From: a virus
Length of the DNA: 64,000 nucleotides
IMG/VR virus record: IMGVR_UViG_3300045988_181101
Reading direction: 5' to 3' (one strand)
Shown: positions 43,227-53,700 of the stretch, piece by piece
How the letters are laid out: each line of letters starts with the position of its first letter
How positions within the stretch are numbered: the first letter of the stretch is position 1
Translations under genes and position numbers: made by a program
The notes under the pieces: generated by a model
What the model was told of the DNA's origin: nothing
Databases searched by the model: none
What the model saw: the letters and a program-made list of their open reading frames with translations, nothing else

Positions 43227-45965
43227 TTAAATCAAATTTATTCCTACTTGAACTTCTTTCTCACACTCTCTCAACGAGTTAATCGAAATAAAGGTACTCA
43301 TACAAACATCATCGTGTCCCGAAGCAGCTTCAAGTTTACCATTATCACTTTTAAACGTTATAGATGAGAATTCACCAAACATTAAGTCAACTGCTTGTCT
43401 CGTTTCTCCTACAGCATAAGGACATTTTAATTGACCTCTTTCAAACATTGCTGAAAGACTTGGTAATCCTGTATAAAGATCCTTCTTATTTCCTTCAGTC
43501 GTAGTAAAAGTTTCAATATTTTTCAATCCTCTTTCTCTTGCTAACGCAGATAATATGGACTGAAATCCGTTTGATTCACATACAATTTTATTAGGTCTAA
43601 ATAATCTATCAAGTTGAACAATCTTATCTATCTGCTCATTATGAGACATTCCTTTTTGTCTGTAATAAGTAAGTAGATAATAATTCTTCATTGAATCAAT
43701 ACCCCAAACTGAATATACAGTATAGTCTGCACCAATATTACCTGAAACAGCAAAGTCTACACCTATATGAACTCTTTGTAATTTTATAGGATAATCATCT
43801 ATAGATGTAGCGAATCTTATATTTTCCATTCCTACAGTTGATCTCATCAAATATTCATAAGGAAATATTGTAGATGAATCACTAATAGGTACTACAAGAT
43901 ACTCACGATTAAACACGATTGTTCCAAGTTCTTCTCTCTTTGCAAGAATCTGATCAAACGTATATCTATCAGGAGCAAGTGGTCTACCATCAGGAAATAT
44001 AACTGGATATTCAAAACAGTAAAATCGCTTATCAGCTTTCAATACTTGATATAATTCATTTGGTGCAGAAGAATATGGTGTTCCACAAACAATAAAATAT
44101 CCATAAGGCTCTACGATAGGCTCAATTGTTCCTTTTAGAAGTTCTTTAAGTTTTTCTCTTTGTTCGTCTGAATATAAAGAAGATTCATCAGGCATATCAT
44201 CACATAATACAGCTCCTACGTGTAGACCGCGAATGAAACCATCGCGACCACGAATATGTAATGTGCTTCCTGTTTCAGTTGTTATACCTGTTTCTCCAAT
44301 AGATGCTTTACCATTTGGATTAAGTTTCTCAGCTATCAAATCATTTGTTTCAATTTCCTCTCTTACTTTTTTAATCTGAACTTTCGCAAGTGTCATCGTA
44401 GATGTGATATAACACGTTTCTTTTCTGTTTTGATTATCTACAGTATTTTGTCTCCAGGGAACAGGTCGACAATAACTCCATAATCTCCAAAGAATAAATG
44501 CATAAGACCACATATAACTATTATGAACAACAGTTCCATCACTGAGTAGAAATTTATGATCACCATCTAAAGCAAATCCATAATAGTCTCCTTCTCCTGC
44601 TTGAGTAATAGTTAAAGCTGATTTATTACCTTGTTGAACTTTATCATATTGTTGAGCTTGCTTTCTCTTTACTTTAGTAGGTATTGTCCAAATTTTACCG
44701 GATATATAAATTCTGTAGAATTTATAATTTTTATAACTATATTCACCAATTTGTATATTTTTTCTCACATGTGTTTCTATAGAAGTACATTGAAATCCAA
44801 GTGACAAAGCAAGATAACGAATTTGTTCTATAAGCTCATATTTCTTTAAAGATAATTCAAACGAACATGAATTTCTCGAAGTTCCTTTTCGTTTTAAATA
44901 TTTTTGTTCATTTAAATGACCGTCCGAATCCAAGATACCTGCTAATAATTGAAGTCTCTGTTGACGAGAACCTTTCATATAAACATCAGGAATATGCTTG
45001 TTTTGAATTAAATTCAAATCTCTCAATTTAGATGATAAATCTACTCCGGAAATTCCGTTTAACATTTCTTTTTCTTTATAAGAATATTTTCCTCCTATCC
45101 TTTTACTATATTCTTTAATTGCATTTCTTACTTCTATATCCGGATTTGTTATGTAATAATTGCAATTCGTACCATCACCAAGCCAAAGTCCAAGCCAATA
45201 TGGATCAATAGAAAGTTCTTTTTCAGGAAGTTCCCATCCATCAATCTTTCTGTATCCAAAAATTTTCTTCCGACCATAACCTGCATGTTTAGGGATGTCT
45301 TCAACAGGAATGTCTTTATAAATTCTTTTTGTTACTCTTTTATTATCTATTGTTGTTGGTCGATCCCAAATACAACAAACCAAATGACCTTCATTCACAT
45401 AATAATCTTTAGCATAAGTTTGATGAACTTTATACATCTGCGACCGACCTCTATGAAGTTGAAGAACTGTTCTTGGAGTATTATCTATTCCCATCACTTG
45501 ATCTCCAACTTTAATATCTTGAACAGGCTTTAAAGAACCATCATACATAACTACTAACTCGTTGATACTGAGACATTTACCTGAACCGCGACCACAAAGA
45601 TAACAGCTCCACGGAAACAGTTGTGTCATATTACCCCATTCAACATTTCTCCAACCCATCCTAAAATTAGGGAGCATTGTCAAAATGAAGTAATTCAATG
45701 AATAAATCTTCAAAGTTGTATCCATTGAAGCTTTTACATTCTCTATATAATCAAGACTTTCAGAATCAAGTGTTCTACCAAGATACAGTGTTTTTTCAGT
45801 TTGAGTAAGTATTTCCTTTAACATTTTATCAACATCATTATTATAACCTTCAAGAAGTTGATTTAATGCTTTAGGAGATAGATCCTCAATTATTTTATCT
45901 ACAGTATCATATAGATAATTCATTTGATTTACTGAAAGTAAATCTTTACCATCTAATGTTAACAT
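43227..45965 (-). CDS. terL: terminase large subunit, interrupted by an intein
   Basis: The exteins join as CYLCGRGSGK + SYMWSYAFILW (Walker A GRGSGKS). Walker B is AVLCDDMPDE. The C-terminal RNase H-like nuclease has IGVDFAVSG, VCESNGFQ and GHDDVCMS. Confidence 0.85.
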   Translation of the reverse strand: MLTLDGKDLLSVNQMNYLYDTVDKIIEDLSPKALNQLLEGYNNDVDKMLKEILTQTEKTLYLGRTLDSESLDYIENVKASMDTTLKIYSLNYFILTMLPNFRMGWRNVEWGNMTQLFPWSCYLCGRGSGKCLSINELVVMYDGSLKPVQDIKVGDQVMGIDNTPRTVLQLHRGRSQMYKVHQTYAKDYYVNEGHLVCCIWDRPTTIDNKRVTKRIYKDIPVEDIPKHAGYGRKKIFGYRKIDGWELPEKELSIDPYWLGLWLGDGTNCNYYITNPDIEVRNAIKEYSKRIGGKYSYKEKEMLNGISGVDLSSKLRDLNLIQNKHIPDVYMKGSRQQRLQLLAGILDSDGHLNEQKYLKRKGTSRNSCSFELSLKKYELIEQIRYLALSLGFQCTSIETHVRKNIQIGEYSYKNYKFYRIYISGKIWTIPTKVKRKQAQQYDKVQQGNKSALTITQAGEGDYYGFALDGDHKFLLSDGTVVHNSYMWSYAFILWRLWSYCRPVPWRQNTVDNQNRKETCYITSTMTLAKVQIKKVREEIETNDLIAEKLNPNGKASIGETGITTETGSTLHIRGRDGFIRGLHVGAVLCDDMPDESSLYSDEQREKLKELLKGTIEPIVEPYGYFIVCGTPYSSAPNELYQVLKADKRFYCFEYPVIFPDGRPLAPDRYTFDQILAKREELGTIVFNREYLVVPISDSSTIFPYEYLMRSTVGMENIRFATSIDDYPIKLQRVHIGVDFAVSGNIGADYTVYSVWGIDSMKNYYLLTYYRQKGMSHNEQIDKIVQLDRLFRPNKIVCESNGFQSILSALARERGLKNIETFTTTEGNKKDLYTGLPSLSAMFERGQLKCPYAVGETRQAVDLMFGEFSSITFKSDNGKLEAASGHDDVCMSTFISINSLRECEKEVQVGINLI
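44520..45575 (-). mobile_element. intein (352 aa, class 1: Cys1...His-Asn / +1 Ser) with LAGLIDADG domain
   Basis: CLSINELVVMYDGSLKPVQDIKVGD...LLSDGTVVHN followed by S; LAGLIDADG motifs WLGLWLGDGT and LAGILDSDGH; Cys1 codon at 45573-45575, Asn codon at 44520-44522. Confidence 0.9.
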
Positions 45966-46624
45966 AATTGAAACGAATCTCTATATCTTTTTTGTTCGAC
46001 TTTTTGAATAATCTGTCCTTCTCCTCTTAACTTTTTAATACACGAAATTAGATATTGAGCGTTTGCTTTTGTATCATTCAAAGCTCTATGTGCATCAACA
46101 AGATCAATTCCTGCTAATTGACAACAAGTACCAAGTTGATAATTTTCTTGCTCTAAAGAACTTATATGAGCCCAATGCATTGTATCTATATAATATTTTA
46201 CATACTTATCTATATCATCATTCATGTATGTAAAGAAATTTCTCAAAAAAGGATTGTCAAATCCATTTGTACTTTGTCCTCCTATATTATGTCCTGCTAA
46301 TGTACATAATTGTCTTGGATTCTTATACTTAGTGAACCAAGTTTTAAGTTCTTTATATATATCTTTTAATGGAGTTGCAAGTTCTTCTTGCATCTGCTCT
46401 GTAATTCCATGTACTGCAGTGGCTTGTTCTGAATAGATGAGATCCTCCTTATAATTATAAGGGAAAATTCTATCAAGTTCATCTACTATTTCCAATGTCT
46501 TCATATCAATACAAACCATTGCTATTTCAACACAAGGAGCATTTTCAAAGGCAATACATTTACTATTACATAAATTGCCAGTCTCGAAATCGTAAACTAA
46601 AATGTAATTACAAGATGTTTTCAT
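45959..46624 (-). CDS. DnaQ-like DEDDh 3'-5' exonuclease
   Basis: Exo I ILVYDFETGN, Exo II LAGHNIGGQSTNGFDNPFL, Exo III HRALNDTKA. Confidence 0.85.
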   Translation of the reverse strand: MKTSCNYILVYDFETGNLCNSKCIAFENAPCVEIAMVCIDMKTLEIVDELDRIFPYNYKEDLIYSEQATAVHGITEQMQEELATPLKDIYKELKTWFTKYKNPRQLCTLAGHNIGGQSTNGFDNPFLRNFFTYMNDDIDKYVKYYIDTMHWAHISSLEQENYQLGTCCQLAGIDLVDAHRALNDTKANAQYLISCIKKLRGEGQIIQKVEQKRYRDSFQLC

Positions 46625-46866
46625 TCTTCACACACTTTATTAATATCATTAGCTAATACATTGTACAATTTTATAGTACAATGTTTTTTAGGTATAATCA
46701 CAATTTCATTTCCTCCTAAATATTCAGGAATATGACCTCTTTTAATATAAAATGTCACATCATTTCTATTAAAAGGTTTACCATTATCTTTCGTAAAATT
46801 CTCATTTAGCCAAATTAAAAGACCTTGAGCATTAACATCTCTTATTAAATATTTTTTTTCGTCCAT
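46621..46866 (-). CDS. hypothetical protein
   Basis: ATG-initiated ORF. Confidence 0.45.
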   Translation of the reverse strand: MDEKKYLIRDVNAQGLLIWLNENFTKDNGKPFNRNDVTFYIKRGHIPEYLGGNEIVIIPKKHCTIKLYNVLANDINKVCEE

Positions 46867-46867
46867 A

Positions 46868-47263
46868 TTATCTCATCATTAATAATTTTTCAAAATCAAT
46901 ATCACGCATTTCTTCACTCTCGTATTTTATAAAAAGATTCTTTATAGGATTATCTTTGAATGAAGCTGTTTCATCTTCAAGTTTGTTTATAGCAATTATA
47001 GGATTACCATTTGAATCATAATCTTTTTGAAACGAAATTATGAAATATTTCAAAAGACTATATTGATTTTCACCAAAAATAAAATTTCTTTTCTTGTTCT
47101 TTTCTGAAAAATCATCCCATAAAAATGCTTCTGAATAAAGTCCTAAAACAGTATCGTTATTAGGTTTCTCCAAATAATTATCGATTCTATGAGAGAATCT
47201 TTTTAATCCTATATTCTTAAAGACTTCGTTACATATTTCAATAACTTCTCTATCTCTATTCAT
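46868..47263 (-). CDS. hypothetical protein
   Basis: ATG-initiated ORF. Confidence 0.45.
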   Translation of the reverse strand: MNRDREVIEICNEVFKNIGLKRFSHRIDNYLEKPNNDTVLGLYSEAFLWDDFSEKNKKRNFIFGENQYSLLKYFIISFQKDYDSNGNPIIAINKLEDETASFKDNPIKNLFIKYESEEMRDIDFEKLLMMR

Positions 47264-47687
47264 TATGCTCTTTTTTTAATAATTCGTCAATCATTTCTTC
47301 AGATATCTGACGTTTCAATTTCTTTCTATCTCCAAATTCATAAATTCTATGACATTGAGGACACGTCAAAACTATATTATCTTTATCACATCTTAATTTT
47401 GGATGTGCTCCTCTTGAAAGAATATGACTAAAAAAGATTGGTTTAAGTTCTTTTCCAAGATAAGTGCCACAATGATAACAATAATGAAATCTCTCATTCC
47501 AAATCTCTTCAAATATAGATTGTAAATTATTAGATTTTTCTTCTAAATTACTTCGATCTATTCTTACAGATTTTCTTTTACTATCACAATCTTTACATAG
47601 CCATTTGATGCGATTCCAAATCTTGTAATTTGTTTTACAACACACACAAGGTCTATTTTCTATCCTTTCTTTCTTTATATATCCCAT
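47256..47687 (-). CDS. Cys-rich HNH/NinG-like nuclease, putative
   Basis: CVCCKTNYKIWNRIKWLCKDC; CYHCG...FSHILSRGAHPKLRCDKDNIVLTCPQCH. Confidence 0.5.
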   Translation of the reverse strand: MGYIKKERIENRPCVCCKTNYKIWNRIKWLCKDCDSKRKSVRIDRSNLEEKSNNLQSIFEEIWNERFHYCYHCGTYLGKELKPIFFSHILSRGAHPKLRCDKDNIVLTCPQCHRIYEFGDRKKLKRQISEEMIDELLKKEHNE

Positions 47688-47836
47688 TCTCTCAATCCTC
47701 TAATCAAAGCTTCTTCTATACTTATAGAAGGGTCTTGTTTTAATTCTAAAAATGCAGAAGCTAAAACTTCGAATTCTAATCCTTCCTTTTTAGCAATTTT
47801 GAAATTTCTTTCTATAAAATCAATTAGATCTTCCAT
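47675..47836 (-). CDS. small protein (53 aa, below ORF-track cutoff)
   Basis: Hand translation: MEDLIDFIERNFKIAKKEGLEFEVLASAFLELKQDPSISIEEALIRGLREWDI; overlaps both neighbours and fills the apparent gap. Confidence 0.35.
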   Translation of the reverse strand: MEDLIDFIERNFKIAKKEGLEFEVLASAFLELKQDPSISIEEALIRGLREWDI

Positions 47837-48320
47837 TTTTACATGCATTATAATAATAACAATCTTTACATTTTAATTCATCAAAAAGAATACCATTATA
47901 TTCTCCACAAAATATAAATCCTTTTGGAGTACTCCAAAATTTATGTCTCAAAAAATCTTTATATCTATCAGAAAAATAAGATTCTTCATCTTTTTTTAGA
48001 GGGTTGATCAAACATCTATCTCTTTGAAATTTTGAAACATAAAACATTTTTTCTCTTGTTCTCTCATTCCAACGTTTTAAAGCGTTTGAACTTACTATCT
48101 TTGTTAATGTTAAAGGATATCTGCTTATATTATTATTTCCTGATAAAACAAATTGAAACAACAAATATTCCCATAATTCATTTGTCGATTTTATATTTGA
48201 ATTTAAAAAGAATTTTTCTATAAGTTGAATTTCTCTTTTCTTCCTTTTCAAACTATAATTAGGAGAACAAGTTAATCTCTGTTTTAAATATTCAAATATT
48301 TCACAAAACTCCTCTATCAT
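47820..48320 (-). CDS. hypothetical protein
   Basis: ATG-initiated ORF; first gene after the late-operon terminator. Confidence 0.5.
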   Translation of the reverse strand: MIEEFCEIFEYLKQRLTCSPNYSLKRKKREIQLIEKFFLNSNIKSTNELWEYLLFQFVLSGNNNISRYPLTLTKIVSSNALKRWNERTREKMFYVSKFQRDRCLINPLKKDEESYFSDRYKDFLRHKFWSTPKGFIFCGEYNGILFDELKCKDCYYYNACKNGRSN

Positions 48321-48348
48321 AACAAAATTGTATCTCTAAAAGTTAAAG

Positions 48349-48372
48349 AAAAGGACGAATTCTCGTCCTTTT
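48349..48372 (-). terminator. rho-independent terminator at the end of the structural operon
   Basis: Perfect 10-bp stem aaaaggacga / tcgtcctttt with 4-nt loop, followed on the minus strand by CUUUAACUUUU. Confidence 0.65.
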
Positions 48373-48401
48373 GATTTTGTAAAATTACAGAAATAAAATT
48401 A

Positions 48402-48959
48402 TTAATCCCACGTTATCTTTAAATCAACAGTCTCTTGTTTCCCTTTTTCTATAGGTTTATATCTTGATCTATGAAATGGATCAGGTTCTGCTACATTATT
48501 ATATTCTTCAAGAGCTTTTTCTTTGTCTGCTGTTCTTGATAACCATAATCCTATCATCTGACCTGGATTAAGATTACCAATACTAACTTTACTATCAACT
48601 GTAGCATCGTAAAGTTGAGTATATAATGGTTTACTATAGACAGAAGGAATATGTTCCATAAAAGGTTGTTCGTCATTAGAAAGAAGAGTTGCTCCTATTT
48701 GATAGGAACAAATATTCGAATCCTTCTTTTCGAACCATAATTCTATATTTTCAATAATTTCTTCGCTTTCATTTTTAATGATAATAGCTCTATATTGCGT
48801 TTTTACATCTTTAATTTCTGAAAGACTTATTTCATCAAAAAGATTATCAAAAACATCATTTGGAACTTCAGTAGACGAAGGAAATCCACCTAATGAGTTT
48901 ATATAGTTTCCTTGAATATCAAGATAACCTGAACTTACAGTATAATATAATTTCAACAT
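48402..48959 (-). CDS. hypothetical protein (structural module)
   Basis: ATG-initiated ORF, last gene before the terminator. Confidence 0.5.
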   Translation of the reverse strand: MLKLYYTVSSGYLDIQGNYINSLGGFPSSTEVPNDVFDNLFDEISLSEIKDVKTQYRAIIIKNESEEIIENIELWFEKKDSNICSYQIGATLLSNDEQPFMEHIPSVYSKPLYTQLYDATVDSKVSIGNLNPGQMIGLWLSRTADKEKALEEYNNVAEPDPFHRSRYKPIEKGKQETVDLKITWD

Positions 48960-48966
48960 AATTGCA

Positions 48967-49797
48967 TTATTTATTTACAAATCCTGCTAAAGACCAAAAT
49001 TCTTTCTTTACAGAATTATCAATTGTTATTGAACCACCACTATTACGTATTCTTGATATATAAAACTCAGTATCTTCTTTAGCAGGAGGAGTTGAGTTTT
49101 CAGTTTCTTTTTCTAAGGAAATATTGTAAAAATCGTAAGTATATAATCCTGCTTTTTGTTCTTTTGAAAAGACTGCTGTAATAGGTATTGTTCCAAGAAT
49201 AATAACTCTCAAATTAGACTCCGGTGTAAATTCAGCATTTGAAGTTAAAATCAAATTTTGATCATCTACAACTGAAACAATTTGATATACACCATCATTT
49301 AAAGGTTTACTACCATCTTCTCTTTCAAATCTAATTGAAACAGGAGTTGAACCTGCTTGACCTCTCACTTTTCCTGAAAAAGAAACGTTACCATTTACAT
49401 TTCCCTTTTGATTTATAGAAACTGTTCCAAATTCATAATTTCGTGTAGCATAACTTATTTTTACCCAATAAAACTGATCATCTTGAGGACAAACAAGATT
49501 ATCTTGAATATCATCTATAAAAATTATTTGTCCTAAATTATTAAACGCTAATCCTGGAAGAACTTTATAAGTTCCATTGGTCGTACCTTGTTCAACTTTA
49601 AATGGATCATTCGGTTCAAATTCTACAGGTTTTTGAAATCCTGTATTAAATTTACTCGGATCGTTTGTTACAATTCCATAAGTATAAGTTGCTTGCAACA
49701 ACAATTGTTTAAATAATGAATTTTGCAAAAATCCTTGTAAATTCATTAATTCTTCTTTTTCAAGAAAAATGTTTCTATATATATTTAATTGATTCAT
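48967..49797 (-). CDS. hypothetical protein (structural module)
   Basis: ATG-initiated ORF. Confidence 0.5.
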   Translation of the reverse strand: MNQLNIYRNIFLEKEELMNLQGFLQNSLFKQLLLQATYTYGIVTNDPSKFNTGFQKPVEFEPNDPFKVEQGTTNGTYKVLPGLAFNNLGQIIFIDDIQDNLVCPQDDQFYWVKISYATRNYEFGTVSINQKGNVNGNVSFSGKVRGQAGSTPVSIRFEREDGSKPLNDGVYQIVSVVDDQNLILTSNAEFTPESNLRVIILGTIPITAVFSKEQKAGLYTYDFYNISLEKETENSTPPAKEDTEFYISRIRNSGGSITIDNSVKKEFWSLAGFVNK

Positions 49798-49800
49798 ACC

Positions 49801-50229
49801 TTATACAATTTCAATAGTTATTTCTTCGCCTCTTTTCTGAGCAGCATCAATTATTTCATTTAATTTATCAGAAGTGTATCTTGATTCTGATAGCATTCCT
49901 TTAGAAGTGTTTTTACCAACAAGTATACATCCAGCACTATCTCTTGCTGTATTTCCGCTGTGTATAAGAATTCCTTCGAAATGAGGAACATCTAATAATC
50001 TTGGAAGATTACGACCAAACTTAGGAGACCAATTGTAGATTACTTTATATTTGCCATACGGAATGGCAGATTCTCCATAAACTTTCTTCTCGCCATTATC
50101 AAATGCTCCACTCTTATCTTTATCTATAATTTTATCTTCTAAAGTATTAGAAAAAAATTCGTTATTCACATATAATCGACCAACAGTATAATTTTCTTTT
50201 GGCCATAATCTTTCAACTCTTAATTCCAT
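49801..50229 (-). CDS. DUF5675-like / YkuD-like (L,D-transpeptidase fold) protein, possible cell-wall hydrolase
   Basis: TVGRLYVNNEFFSNTLED...AIPYGKYKV...FEGILIHSGNTARDSAGCILVG (His...Ser-x-Gly-Cys motif). Confidence 0.45.
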   Translation of the reverse strand: MELRVERLWPKENYTVGRLYVNNEFFSNTLEDKIIDKDKSGAFDNGEKKVYGESAIPYGKYKVIYNWSPKFGRNLPRLLDVPHFEGILIHSGNTARDSAGCILVGKNTSKGMLSESRYTSDKLNEIIDAAQKRGEEITIEIV

Positions 50230-50711
50230 ATAGCATTACTGATTATTGATATATATATACTTACAAACATCCATATCTCTAACCAAAAAACAGGCTTATC
50301 ATATTTATGGATTAAAAATCCTGTAGGAATTATTAAAATTAAAGGTATAAATATATAACCTGCAAAAATCATATAAAGTAATGAAGCTAATCCGCAAACT
50401 ATTGTTGCTCCTATATGAACTTTACCGTCAAGTTCTAATTTAAAGCAAGGTGCTGCTCCAACGAAAATTAATCCAGCACAAGCTAAAAATGCACAACATT
50501 GATAATTTTCGCCATCAGTTAATTCTAACCATTCAGGTAGAAGTATTCCTGCTGTTAAAATCATTACAACTTGAAACCACCAAGCCGATCGGTTACGTTT
50601 CTGTAATTGATAATAAGTATCGGAAATGCTCCAAGGAATACCTATTAATTTTATCACTTTCCAAAGATAAACAACTAAAACAATTAATGAAATAGGAATT
50701 AAATACCACAT
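50220..50711 (-). CDS. polytopic membrane protein (holin-like candidate)
   Basis: At least four hydrophobic segments; overlaps the putative hydrolase gene by 10 nt. Confidence 0.45.
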   Translation of the reverse strand: MWYLIPISLIVLVVYLWKVIKLIGIPWSISDTYYQLQKRNRSAWWFQVVMILTAGILLPEWLELTDGENYQCCAFLACAGLIFVGAAPCFKLELDGKVHIGATIVCGLASLLYMIFAGYIFIPLILIIPTGFLIHKYDKPVFWLEIWMFVSIYISIISNAIWN

Positions 50712-50736
50712 AATTTTTTATTTTTAAATTAAACAA

Positions 50737-53700
50737 TTATTTCCAATCTGAAGGTATATCATTATAATCAGATAAATTAACACAACCTCTGTAACAACCT
50801 GTTCGTTTAGACGTATACAATGTACTATTGTAACTTGAAGCTTGCATATTTTCAGCAGGTATATATCCATTCGTAAATCCCCATAAAGCTGTCAACCACC
50901 CCATAAAAGTTTCTCTTTCATCATCCAATTCAGAACAACAAGATTCTCCTGTCAAAGAAGAACAACCTTCAAAACAAAATGAATAATCCTTACAATAAGC
51001 AGAAACACCTTGAACTTTCCAATAATTTCCACCTTGTGTTCTTCTTCTTGTTACTGCGTATGAATAAAATAAATAATAAAGATCCCCTCTTAGATTAGAA
51101 CATCCTGAAAAAGCTGAATTTAATGATTCTACAGGACATCCAAAAAAAGGACTTGATTCTTTTTCTCCATATATATATTGTAAATTTTTACAATTTTGAA
51201 ATACACCAGCAAAATTAACGCAATTTGTAAGTCTTGAAAAATAATTAGAAGGAATTGAATTTACGCCAGTACCTGAAAACAAAAATTGAACTGAAGTTAC
51301 ATTAGAACATCTTAAATCAATGTTAGTTATAGTTCCTAAATTTCCACAACCCATAAACGTTCTATCTAAAGTAGTTAAATTAGAACTTTCTATAACTGCA
51401 AACATAGAAGATAATTGACTATTCTCAAACATTTCATCAGCATTTATACAATTTCGTGGGAATCCTCCTCTAAAATTAGAAAATCCTGAAGAACGAAACA
51501 TTGCATTACAATTTACATTTGCAGTTAGATCTTCTATACGTGGCATTTGTTGTAATTTACTCGTATAATCAAACATCTCTGATGCATTTGTTAAACCAGA
51601 AGCATTTTGAAAAATCGAATCAGATACTACTTGTAAATTTGAACAACTTTTAAACATGGCACTTGCATTTGTACAAGTAGATGGAATTTGAATAGTTACA
51701 CTTTCTAAACTTTTACAATCTTGAAACATTTTAGAAAGATATAATACTGTTTCAATATTTTCAATTAAACCTGATCTTACCTCAATTAAACCTGAATTTG
51801 CAAAGCATTCTGTAAAATCACCTAATTTAGCCCAATCAAGCATACCTGGTTCAATTGAATTTAAACTCAAACAATTTGCAAATAATCTCACGCACGAACC
51901 TTGAACAAATCCAACACGTAATTTATCTAATCTACTTAAAAGTATACATTTATAAAATCCTCCGTTTCCAAAATTAACTTGATTTGTATTTTGAAAAAAC
52001 CTTTCTACATACCTTAATTTATTTTGAATTCCATCAAGTAAAGGAGCTTCTTCACACGACCATCTTAAAGTTCCTATTTCTGAACCAAAACTAATCTTAA
52101 TTTCTGTATTTTGTGATATATCAAGACTTTCTTTAAAAATCTTACCGTAAGTTATAGTGCCATCTCCCCAATCAACTTTTAAATTAGATAATCCTTCTTG
52201 ACTTGTATTAAGAATAGGAAGACTAATTTTTTCAACTCCTGAACCACGAACAACAATGGCCATTGTATCTTCTATAGTTACAGTTACAGTTTTAGATGTT
52301 AAATCATTTGTAAAACTGCCTAAAGAATCCATACAATGTGGATAAGTAACTTTATAATTATAAGTTTTTTGTTCTGTTACTAAAAACAAAACTTCTCCAT
52401 GACTATCAGTTGCTTCATTTAACTCTCCAATCTGAATTGAAGCACCTTGTAATGCTAAACCATCACTTGTTTGAACTTTAAATGTGATTTCAGTATAAGA
52501 TCTTTTCAATGTTCTTGTTATAAAAACAGATTCGTTTTGAACAATAGCATTACCTGAAATAGTTTGATATCCTTCTTTTGAAATCGTATAATAATAACCG
52601 CTTAAATTATTACCATAACCTCTTAAAGTTAAACGACCTGGTTCTGATGAATTTAATGGATTCGTATTACCAACTTGACCACCACAACTAATATAAGCAT
52701 TAGGAATTGGATTACTTAATTCATCAACTACAGTAAAAATTATAGAATATGTTGATTCACCCATTACAACATCTATTTCAGGATTTTCTGTAGTGATTGT
52801 TGTATTTTGTACTATATCTTCATATGGCGGTTTTTTAGAACATCTATATTCTTTATTTTCAAGTGAAAGTGGTACATTTGAAAAGACTGCTTTTCCTTGT
52901 TGATTTGTTTTAATTGTCGAACCATTAAAAGTTATAGATACATCTTGTACAGGTAACTTTTCATCAGGATTACTTGGATTAGGAATGTAAGTTGTGTTAA
53001 AAGTCACATTAGTTGTTTTTCTCGTTAAATTAACACTTACATCAGAATTTGAACCTGATATTACTCGATTACCTTCCGTTTGATTTATAAAATCTCCATT
53101 ACTAACTGTATATCTATAATCTCCATTAGGAAGATTAAACGAAACTACACCTTCACTATTAGCATATCCTATTATATTACCATTAATCGTTACTAATGCT
53201 CCAACAGCAGGATTTGATTCTTGAGTAATTGTAAACTTTAACACATAAACTATAGTCGTTTGACGATACATTGTTACATTTACATTCAAAGCTTCATTCG
53301 TTACTCGAATATCTCCCCAATTATAATTATATCCATCAGCTTCAACAGTATAATGATAATCACCATAAGATAGAAGAAACGAAGCAAGTCCTTCTTCTGT
53401 CGTATAATGAACCTCTTTATTAATTATAATTGCTGCATTGGAAAGGATCTCTCCTGATTCATTTCTAACATAGAACGTTACAACGTTTGATGATAACGTC
53501 AAATCTACAGGAACAACTGTATTCCTATTACCAACTTCTACAGTTGAATCATATCTTTCAAACCCTTCTTTTGTAATTGAAAAAGGATAATTTCCTGAAG
53601 CAAAATTAAATATAGCTTCTCCATTTCTATTGGTTAAAATAGAATCTCTATCACCACATTTTACAGAAGCACCTTCTACAGGATTCCCATCACTTCGAAC

